Under the pieces are notes generated by a model. That model worked only from the letters and a program-made list of their open reading frames with translations, made no database searches and had not been told where the DNA came from. This document shows, piece after piece, positions 1-6,067 of a stretch of 16,744 nt of DNA. Origin of the DNA: an archaeon (GTDB taxonomy: Archaea > EX4484-52 > B79-G9). Numbering within the stretch: the stretch's first letter is position 1; every line of letters begins with the position of its first letter. The stretch spans positions 1 through 16,744 of the forward strand of contig WSZW01000184.1 in assembly GCA_013139905.1 (NCBI GenBank), given 5' to 3'. A program made the position numbers and the translations under genes.

Positions 1-487
1 GAAGCGTTACGTCCTTAAGATCCACATTTATGACTTTAATTCCCCAAGGATCACTTTCTTTATCAACAATTGTAAGTATTTTTTTAGATACATTTTCTCG
101 CTTGCTTAAAAGATCATCTAAACTAACTTCACCAATAACATTTCGCATAGTAGTTTGTGCTAATTGGGACATAGCATAAAGATAATTTTCAACAGCAATT
201 ATTGCTCTTGAAGAATCAACAACTTGGTAATATATTACGGCATTGACTCTTGCAGATACATTATCTTTAGTCATTGCATCCTGAGATGGAACATCCACTG
301 CTTTCACACGCATATCAATTTTATTTATAGTTTGAATAATCGGAATTACAAATCTAAGTCCCGGGTTTTTTATCATAGAATATTTTCCGAATGTAAAAAT
401 AACACCCCGTTCATATTCATATATGATTTTTAGTCCTGATACAACAAATATTGCACCAAAAAATAGTAATGTACTCTCAATAGCCAT
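1..487 (-). CDS. SPFH/Band-7 (stomatin/prohibitin-like) membrane protein, N-terminal part; the 3' end runs off the window
   Basis: Absent from the supplied ORF track because it is open at the window edge. Reverse-strand translation from the ATG at 487-485 gives MAIESTLLFFGAIFVVSGLKIIYEYERGVIFTFGKYSMIKNPGLRFVIPIIQTINKIDMRVKAVDVPSQDAMTKDNVSARVNAVIYYQVVDSSRAIIAVENYLYAMSQLAQTTMRNVIGEVSLDDLLSKRENVSKKILTIVDKESDPWGIKVINVDLKDVTL... An N-terminal hydrophobic anchor is followed by stomatin-core signatures (PGL.F.IP, TKDN, YY.V.D, LAQT..R..IG, WGIKV). A GAGGTG Shine-Dalgarno (complement of 493-498) lies 5 nt upstream of the ATG. Confidence 0.85.
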   Translation of the reverse strand, partial: MAIESTLLFFGAIFVVSGLKIIYEYERGVIFTFGKYSMIKNPGLRFVIPIIQTINKIDMRVKAVDVPSQDAMTKDNVSARVNAVIYYQVVDSSRAIIAVENYLYAMSQLAQTTMRNVIGEVSLDDLLSKRENVSKKILTIVDKESDPWGIKVINVDLKDVTL

Positions 488-557
488 AAAAACACCTCTA
501 ATTATTATCCTTTTTATTTTTTTTGCAATTTTAAAACCGCATTATTACTATAGTATT

Positions 558-834
558 TTTAGTTTATATATTTGTTATAATTAGACCTATTTAGATTTTT
601 TAGTTCATATTCTAGTTGTTATTTGTGGTTGTTATTATTTTTTATTATTGAAGTCTGATTGTATTATTTAAGTAACTAAACTAAACTTAACCATCAACAA
701 GCGAGTTCAAAAGACCACAAAAACATACAAAAAATCAACAAAAAGAGCATAAGTCACACATACATACTTATAATATATTGTTTACTAAACTAAACTAAAA
801 TCAAGACATTAATATAAACTTTACTAAACTAAAC
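558..834. repeat. Cluster of (CTAAA)n-based repeats in the stomatin/nog1 intergenic spacer
   Basis: ACTAAACTAAAC occurs at 675-686, 784-795 (extended to (CTAAA)3 at 785-799) and 823-834. The last two copies sit inside perfect 15-mers TTTACTAAACTAAAC at 781-795 and 820-834. Inverted partial copies are TTTAGTTTA at 558-566 and TTTAGTTCA at 599-607. A GTTGTTATT direct repeat lies at 615-623 and 628-636. Confidence 0.8.
811..818 (+). promoter_or_regulatory. Putative TATA box (AATATAAA) of the nog1 promoter, flanked by two identical 15-mers
   Basis: AATATAAA is centred about 26 nt upstream of position 841/842, just before the GTG at 842 and the ATG at 851. It lies between the two perfect TTTACTAAACTAAAC copies at 781-795 and 820-834. 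TATA-like strings are common in AT-rich DNA, so this call is tentative. Confidence 0.35.
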
Positions 835-850
835 CATTTTCGTGTTTTTT

Positions 851-1861
851 ATGAAACTTAAAATACCTCACATTTTTCGGGAGCAAGAATTAATAGACAA
901 AGCATTTGCTGCGGCTCGTGAAGCAAAAGAGATAAAGATAGATCCAAAAAGGCGCATAGATTCTGTGAGGGATAGAGAAATACAAAGAATAAACACAGTA
1001 GCACAAACAATAATCGATAATTTTAGCAAAATCTTAACAAATACATTTAAAACTGATGAATTAACCCCATTTTATTACGATATGATATCTCTTCTAATTG
1101 ATATGGATCAATTCAAAAAATCCATGGCTGCAATTCTTTGGGCAAAAACAAGAACACAAAAACTAGCATCTCATCATCGAAGAAAAATTAAAGTCACCGC
1201 ATTAAAAGAACTTGCCGACGTCAGAAGGGATTTTTATGGTCGGGAAGCATCGGTTGTAAAACAGATAAAAAAGGATCTTTTGTTTTTGGGTGAAGTAAGA
1301 AGAGACTTACGCGCATTACCGGATATTAAAGACGAACCATCAATTGTTTTGACAGGTTTTCCGAATGTAGGCAAATCTTCATTATTAAAAAAATTAACAG
1401 GAGCTAATCCTGAAATAAAATCTTATCCATTTACAACAAAAGGCATTATGGTAGGGTATCTAGAAAAACGCGCTCAAATACTAGACACGCCAGGACTTTT
1501 AGATCGACCTGAAAAATTAAGAAACAACATAGAACTTCGCGCAATTTCTGCAATAAAAAACATATCAAACATAATTGTTTTTGTTTTTGACGTAAGTGAA
1601 ATTGCCTACCCAAAAGAAAAACAATTAGAATTATTTGATGAAATAAAAAATAATTTTGACGTCAAAATATTCGCCTGTATGAATAAATCCGATGCCGCAA
1701 AAAAAGATACGATTGATTATTTGGAAAAAAATATAGATTGTCCTGTATATTTTACATCTACAATAACGGGTGCAGGGATTGAAGAATTTAAAAAAGTATT
1801 ATTAGACAATATTGAAAGTAATATGTCGTCATTTAAACAAAAAAAGAATCTATCGAACTAA
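851..1861 (+). CDS. Nog1-family GTP-binding protein (archaeal NOG1-type ribosome-biogenesis GTPase)
   Basis: G1 is GFPNVGKSS, G2 region is YPFTT, G3 is DTPG and G4 is NKSD, following a long helical N-terminal domain (ELIDKAF...) typical of Nog1. The track ORF begins at a GTG (842); the ATG at 851 (MKLKIPHIF...) is at least as likely. No Shine-Dalgarno precedes either start. Confidence 0.85.
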   Translation: MKLKIPHIFREQELIDKAFAAAREAKEIKIDPKRRIDSVRDREIQRINTVAQTIIDNFSKILTNTFKTDELTPFYYDMISLLIDMDQFKKSMAAILWAKTRTQKLASHHRRKIKVTALKELADVRRDFYGREASVVKQIKKDLLFLGEVRRDLRALPDIKDEPSIVLTGFPNVGKSSLLKKLTGANPEIKSYPFTTKGIMVGYLEKRAQILDTPGLLDRPEKLRNNIELRAISAIKNISNIIVFVFDVSEIAYPKEKQLELFDEIKNNFDVKIFACMNKSDAAKKDTIDYLEKNIDCPVYFTSTITGAGIEEFKKVLLDNIESNMSSFKQKKNLSN

Positions 1862-2119
1862 TTTTTATTATGTTTCATTGCAAAAAGAATTCTCAATTAA
1901 TTTACTGGGTTAAATTTTATATTTTTATTAATTATTTATACTTTAATTAATTATATTTATTCTTCAATGGCATAATTATATACATTATTATTTAATTAAT
2001 GAATACTTATTGAAAAATATAACCCCCTATAGTAAATTCGTTTTAATTATATTCAAAAATATTTTTTTTCCTCATTTATCATACATAAACATATATAATT
2101 TATTGATTAATAAGATACT

Positions 2120-2665
2120 ATGTTAAAAAATAAAGAAAAGACCGTTTTTGCTGAATTACTCATAAGTGGAAGAAAACCGGATAAACACATAGCACAAGAG
2201 CGAAAAATAAGTCAGCCAACAGTTACAAGAATACGACAAAAACTAGAACGGGAAAAGTACATTGAATCATATCATGCAATGTCATCGTTTAAGAAAATGG
2301 GATTAAATATAGTTGTCTTTACAACATTTACGTGGAACGATTATTCTAAAAAAGAAGTTGTAGATGCGTTCATAACTGATTTGATTGCAAATTCCAAAGT
2401 TATGTTTTTTTCCAGAGGAAATGGTTTTACTGGCAAAACCGCAATGATGATAACAATGCATGGCAATGTAAGTTGTTACGAGGATTTTTTGGTAGACTTA
2501 AAGGTAAAATGGGGTAAATACTTAGATCGTGTGGATCAGTTTATATCTTCAACAGAAAACATATTTAAATCATTTGAACCTCATAATGCTATTTTAGAAA
2601 CGCTAGGTATGGATGCAAAAAAAGATAAACTTTTATCTACGTTTGAAAAACCTAAACGAAAATAA
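2120..2665 (+). CDS. Lrp/AsnC-like winged-helix transcription regulator with a C-terminal alpha/beta (RAM-like) domain
   Basis: The N-terminal HTH is DKHIAQERKISQPTVTRIRQKLEREKYIESYHA. It is followed by an approximately 100-aa beta-alpha-beta-type domain (LNIVVFTTFTW...AMMITMHGN...). The gene is preceded by a 258-bp AT-rich spacer. Confidence 0.6.
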   Translation: MLKNKEKTVFAELLISGRKPDKHIAQERKISQPTVTRIRQKLEREKYIESYHAMSSFKKMGLNIVVFTTFTWNDYSKKEVVDAFITDLIANSKVMFFSRGNGFTGKTAMMITMHGNVSCYEDFLVDLKVKWGKYLDRVDQFISSTENIFKSFEPHNAILETLGMDAKKDKLLSTFEKPKRK

Positions 2666-2670
2666 AATAA

Positions 2671-2704
2671 TTTTTTGTTTTTAATGGCTGTTCTGTTTTT
2701 TTTT
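2671..2704 (+). terminator. Oligo-T tracts, with a possible hairpin, between convergent genes
   Basis: T6 (2671-2676), T5 (2678-2682) and T9 (2696-2704) follow the stop at 2663-2665. Archaeal intrinsic termination uses oligo-T. GTTCTGT (2690-2696) can pair with ACAGAAC (2710-2716) around the T9 tract. Confidence 0.4.
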
Positions 2705-2707
2705 GTG

Positions 2708-3313
2708 CTACAGAACACTAATTTCTTTTTTAAATATTTTTAGTTTATTCAAATTTTTATCCATACGCGTATTTGCTATTATAATGAGTGTTTCTAATTG
2801 TTTGTCATCAATTTCAGACAATATTGGTGCGCATACACTATCAACGCCCATAATTTCAACCATAAATCTTGGTTTTACCTGAACAATACCGCTTCTCTTT
2901 AATCCCGCGGTTTTAGCGCATTTAAGAAGTGCGTCGCAATCGTCAAGGGTGTCACAGCAAATATGCAATATTAATGGATCCATTCTAAACCATAATATAT
3001 TTTTTTCATGTTTTAATATGGCGTTCTTTACTTCTGTAATTTCAACTTTTCTATGCCATTTTCCAAGCCATACATATTCGCGTTTTTTATCATTTTTAGG
3101 AGATTCAGCTACAACAATTCGACCAAGACAAGAAGACGTCGTATAAAATGCAGGATGTTTATTTATCAAATCCACCAATGGCATAATGTCTACATCAACA
3201 AGATTTTCGTGCTTTGCCTTGTTAAGACGCGTAAGCGCGACTTTCTTTTTATTTAAGAACATAATAGTTAGTTTGTTGTATACTTTTTTTAATTTATTGA
3301 AACATTCACTCAA
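2708..3313 (-). CDS. taw3: tRNA wybutosine/wyosine-synthesizing protein 3 (Taw3/TYW3-type methyltransferase)
   Basis: TYW3 signatures are present: DIMPLVDLINKHPAFYTTSSCLGRIVV, WLGKWHRKV, and DPLILHICCDTLDDCDALLKCAKTAGLKRSGI...PRFMVEIMG. The track start at 3313 is a TTG that overlaps the upstream gene's stop by 8 nt. The first ATG is at 3262 (MFLNKKK...) and may be the true start. Confidence 0.85.
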   Translation of the reverse strand: MSECFNKLKKVYNKLTIMFLNKKKVALTRLNKAKHENLVDVDIMPLVDLINKHPAFYTTSSCLGRIVVAESPKNDKKREYVWLGKWHRKVEITEVKNAILKHEKNILWFRMDPLILHICCDTLDDCDALLKCAKTAGLKRSGIVQVKPRFMVEIMGVDSVCAPILSEIDDKQLETLIIIANTRMDKNLNKLKIFKKEISVL

Positions 3314-3950
3314 AAATCATTCGGCAGTCCGCGCAAATAACGCCGTCTTTATTTACAATCAAAGGATTTATGTCAAGTTCCGTTATTTTTTCTTTTTGAA
3401 CCATTTTAGACACTTTTAATAATGTTTTTTCAATAGCAGAAATATCAACTGGAGGTTCACCACGAATTCCTTCTAAAATCGGATATGCCTTGATTTCGCG
3501 AATCATATCATGTGCGTCCTTTTTTTCAATAGGAATCAATCTAAACGTAACATCTTTTAGAACCTCAACAAAAATACCGCCAAGACCAAACATCAAAATC
3601 GAACCAAATTGCGGATCTCTGGATGCGCCAACAATACATTCTTTTCCAATCACAATCTTTTCAATAAGAACCCCGTCAATTTTAGCATCAGGTTTTTGTT
3701 TTTTAGCACTTGATATTATTTTTAAAAACGCATCTCTTGCTTGTGTTTCGTTCAATATATTTATAACAACGCCGCCAACATCGCTTTTGTGGAGTATATC
3801 AGGACTTATAATTTTCATAATACAAGGATAACCTACCTTATTTGCAGCCAAAACCGCATCCTGCCCATTTTTGGCAAGTATGCCTTCGGGGATTGGAATT
3901 TTATATTTTTCAAGCAGTTTTCTAGAATCATATTCGCTATATTTTTTCAT
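3306..3950 (-). CDS. acdB: Acetate--CoA ligase (ADP-forming) beta subunit-like ATP-grasp protein
   Basis: ATP-grasp_5 pattern: SRKLLEKYKIPIP...VGYPCIMKIISPDILHKSDVGGV...ECIVGASRDPQFGSILMFGLGGIFVEVLKDVTFRL...ILEGIRGEPPVD...ELDINPL. At 214 aa it matches the stand-alone beta subunits of split archaeal ACD enzymes. Confidence 0.8.
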   Translation of the reverse strand: MKKYSEYDSRKLLEKYKIPIPEGILAKNGQDAVLAANKVGYPCIMKIISPDILHKSDVGGVVINILNETQARDAFLKIISSAKKQKPDAKIDGVLIEKIVIGKECIVGASRDPQFGSILMFGLGGIFVEVLKDVTFRLIPIEKKDAHDMIREIKAYPILEGIRGEPPVDISAIEKTLLKVSKMVQKEKITELDINPLIVNKDGVICADCRMIFE

Positions 3951-3972
3951 AATTACTATCTGTTATTTCGGG

Positions 3973-3980
3973 CATATAAA
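3973..3980. promoter_or_regulatory. Putative shared TATA element in the divergent acdB / wHTH spacer
   Basis: CATATAAA reads TTTATATG on the minus strand. It is centred about 27 nt from the acdB ATG (3950), which has no Shine-Dalgarno, consistent with a leaderless mRNA. It also lies about 50 nt upstream of the + strand ATG at 4028. Confidence 0.35.
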
Positions 3981-4027
3981 GATTTTAATCAAAACCTATT
4001 TATTCAACAACAATCCTAATTAATACT

Positions 4028-4252
4028 ATGGGAAGAAATCCAGGTCCGGATCCGGAAAAAATAAAGCGAATAATAGAAACTATGAGAAATAACCCTAAAG
4101 GATTATGGACTATGGAGATTGCACGAAAAACAAAAATATCAAAAAGCACAGTCCATCGATACTTAAACACATTCTTGAAAGAAAAAATAAAAGAAGAGCG
4201 CTCCTTTTCTGATTTGGTAAAATTATACACAATAAAAAAGAAAAAAGAATAA
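4028..4252 (+). CDS. Small winged-helix DNA-binding protein (74 aa)
   Basis: An HTH core is visible: GLWTMEIARKTKISKSTVHRYLNTFLKE. The C-terminus is Lys-rich. The antisense ORF at 4000-4230 has low-complexity hydrophobic content and is taken as a shadow ORF. Confidence 0.55.
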   Translation: MGRNPGPDPEKIKRIIETMRNNPKGLWTMEIARKTKISKSTVHRYLNTFLKEKIKEERSFSDLVKLYTIKKKKE

Positions 4253-4267
4253 AAAGTTGTCTATATA

Positions 4268-4477
4268 ATGAGTATTATGTCTATAGAATTATTACGCAAA
4301 GGAAAAAAGAAACAACTAGCATACAAAAAAGAAATAACGCTAAAAGAACTTCTAAATACTCAAAAAATAAACACGGAAACAGTACTCGTAAAGCTTAACG
4401 GAACAATTGCAACATTAGACGAAAAAATAAAAGATCAGGATAAATTAGAAATTCTGGATATAATTTCCGGCGGATAA
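4268..4477 (+). CDS. ThiS/MoaD-family beta-grasp ubiquitin-like protein with a C-terminal Gly-Gly (SAMP/Urm1-like candidate)
   Basis: The 69-aa product ends ...KDQDKLEILDIISGG immediately before the stop (GGC GGA TAA). The ThiS-like layout is ITLKELLNTQKINTETVLVKLNGTIATLDEKIKDQDKLEIL. The gene starts 15 nt downstream of the wHTH gene on the same strand. Confidence 0.7.
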   Translation: MSIMSIELLRKGKKKQLAYKKEITLKELLNTQKINTETVLVKLNGTIATLDEKIKDQDKLEILDIISGG

Positions 4478-4503
4478 AACTTGTTTAAATAACAAAGTAA
4501 TCG

Positions 4504-5535
4504 TCATGATTTTAACAAACAATCCGGAAAATACGTGTATTTGTATTCTTTCAATATGATTGTCAATTCATGGCTTTTAAGGTCATTTTTTAGTATTGTT
4601 CTTATATCCATAATTACCATATTGAATTCATCACTTGTTTTTAGTCGAATTTCAAACATGATGTCGTGCGATCCTACACATTTATAGTAATAAGTCATAT
4701 TTGGATTATTTATGATGTAAAATTGTAATTTTTTGTATCTGTCATCATTTAATTCATTTAATTTAAGCATTACAAAATACCAGCTATATCCAACTGCTTT
4801 ACTTCCTGATCGTGCACTTGGTCTGTATTTTATTATCATTTTATTTTTTTCAAGTTTTTTCACGTGATGTCTTGCAAGCTCTCTAGACATATTTAGTTGT
4901 TTTGCAATATCTGCAACAGGTAATCTTGAATTATTTGATAATAATTTTAAAATTTGTAAGTCTGTTGGTAAAATAGAAACAGGTGTTATATCTTTTTTAG
5001 GGATGCTGTTGTATTCTTTGATTTTAAATGGCGCATATAAAAATGGAACCGGTATTGGAATTTCCTGGTCAACAAAATCAATATAGTATTCTCCAATATA
5101 TGTTTTAAATTTTATTTCAATATTTTTCATTAAGTTATTTGCTTCAACATAGTCTTTAACAAAAACTTTTAAGACTAAATCATACGTTCCGATACATTTT
5201 AGGACTTGTGCAATATTTGGATGTTCTGTTATAAAGTTAATTATTTTTTCTTCAATATTAACATCAATATTTTTTAATTTAGTGTGTACGAAATAACTTT
5301 GCCAGCCTAATTTGTTTATATCAATTACCGTATTAAAACCAATCAGTATTTTTTGGTCTAATATTTTTTTTACGCGATAATTTACAACTTCTTTGCTTAA
5401 TCCTACTTTTTTTGCAATGACCGAATACGGGCGCCTCCCATCATCAAATAATTCTTTTAGTATTTTCCGGTCTTTTATTGAAAGGACATTTAACGGAATA
5501 TCATAATTTTGCTTATTATTATTATTATTATTCAT
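4504..5535 (-). CDS. Tandem (duplicated) Lrp/AsnC-family transcription regulator
   Basis: Two complete HTH+RAM units occur in one 343-aa chain. Unit 1 is DRKILKELFDDGRRPYSVIAKKVGLSKEVVNYRVKKILDQKILIGF...GWQSYFVHTKL...TYDLVLKVFVKD. Unit 2 is DLQILKLLSNNSRLPVADIAKQLNMSRELARHHVKKLEKNKMIIKY...GYSWYFVMLKL...SHDIMFEIRLKT. The N-terminus is MNNNNNNK, encoded by (AAT)6 at 5515-5532. Confidence 0.8.
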   Translation of the reverse strand: MNNNNNNKQNYDIPLNVLSIKDRKILKELFDDGRRPYSVIAKKVGLSKEVVNYRVKKILDQKILIGFNTVIDINKLGWQSYFVHTKLKNIDVNIEEKIINFITEHPNIAQVLKCIGTYDLVLKVFVKDYVEANNLMKNIEIKFKTYIGEYYIDFVDQEIPIPVPFLYAPFKIKEYNSIPKKDITPVSILPTDLQILKLLSNNSRLPVADIAKQLNMSRELARHHVKKLEKNKMIIKYRPSARSGSKAVGYSWYFVMLKLNELNDDRYKKLQFYIINNPNMTYYYKCVGSHDIMFEIRLKTSDEFNMVIMDIRTILKNDLKSHELTIILKEYKYTYFPDCLLKS

Positions 5536-5558
5536 AATTTATCAAACGGTTATTAATC

Positions 5559-5566
5559 TATATAAA
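5559..5566 (-). promoter_or_regulatory. Putative TATA box (TTTATATA on the minus strand) for the tandem Lrp gene
   Basis: The complement of TATATAAA at 5559-5566 is centred about 27 nt from the ATG at 5535. No Shine-Dalgarno lies in between, which is a leaderless-type arrangement. Confidence 0.4.
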
Positions 5567-5664
5567 TATTTACTTTTGATAAAAAATAGAGTCAATAATT
5601 ATATATTCTATAAAATACAACTAAAGAATAACAACTACTTTGTTGTGGTTAAAACTGAGGTGAT

Positions 5665-6042
5665 ATGATGATAGGTAGAACATTATTTGGTTTCGATAAT
5701 GAATTAGGTGATAATAAAACTATATCCATAAAATTTGTTGGTATGAAAGAGGAAAATTTAGAAAAATATCGTCATAATAAGATGTATATTTTTGAAGGCG
5801 TCAAATCAAATTTGACTTGTCTTGGGCAAAGCTGTATTTATGTATGTGGTGGAATTTATAAGTTTGCAGATGATCCGAAAGGGGCTGCAGTACCACCACA
5901 ACTCAGAGATTTAGATGAAATAAGTGATGTTGATGCAGCGCATATGATTCAAAAATTTAGTGAATTATATGATGTTCCGAAAGACGCTTTTGGTATTTAT
6001 GAATCAGTTGTTACGCTAGACATTAGAAAAGTCGACGATTGA
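5665..6042 (+). CDS. Hypothetical protein (125 aa), family not recognised
   Basis: A clean ORF with a strong GAGGTGA Shine-Dalgarno at 5657-5663. The spacing favours the second ATG (5668). The C-terminal half is acidic and there are three Cys (CLGQSCIYVC). I recognise no motif. Confidence 0.55.
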   Translation: MMIGRTLFGFDNELGDNKTISIKFVGMKEENLEKYRHNKMYIFEGVKSNLTCLGQSCIYVCGGIYKFADDPKGAAVPPQLRDLDEISDVDAAHMIQKFSELYDVPKDAFGIYESVVTLDIRKVDD

Positions 6043-6067
6043 AAATGTGATTAAAATTAACCTGATT

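Noticed and set aside
224-433. 69-aa + strand ORF from the track
   Set aside because: It lies entirely antisense to the well-supported SPFH/stomatin gene (1-487, minus). The product is a low-complexity Ile/Phe/Tyr-rich sequence typical of shadow ORFs in AT-rich DNA.
488-841. Replication origin (oriC) hypothesis for the long repeat-bearing AT-rich spacer
   Set aside because: The dyad arrangement of repeats around an AT-rich core is reminiscent of ORB/DUE organisation. However, there is no adjacent orc1/cdc6 gene and no G-string mini-ORB element, and I could not compute a skew switch. The repeats sit at promoter-proximal positions, so regulatory sites are the simpler reading. I keep it only as a minor alternative.
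1862-2119. 258-bp AT-rich spacer with recurring TTTAATTA (1942-1949, 1991-1998, 2043-2050) and ATTTTTATTA (1861-1870, 1921-1930), as possible Lrp autoregulatory sites or a small ncRNA
   Set aside because: The motifs are short, pure-A/T and low-complexity, so they are expected by chance at this base composition. There are no convincing stems or a conserved-looking core. The only small ORF (ATG at 1871, about 24 aa) has no translation signals.
2949-4230. Track ORFs 2949-3146, 3053-3256, 3186-3419, 3490-3831 and 3741-4019 (+), and 4000-4230 (-)
   Set aside because: All are antisense shadows of taw3, acdB or the small wHTH gene. Their products are hydrophobic and low-complexity with no motifs, while the opposite-strand genes carry clear family signatures.
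5515-5532. (AAT)6 trinucleotide repeat encoding the poly-Asn N-terminus of the tandem Lrp, as a possible phase-variable simple-sequence repeat
   Set aside because: Slippage of a triplet repeat stays in frame and would change only the Asn count. Asn runs are a common compositional by-product in AT-rich genomes. There is no evidence for an on/off switching function.
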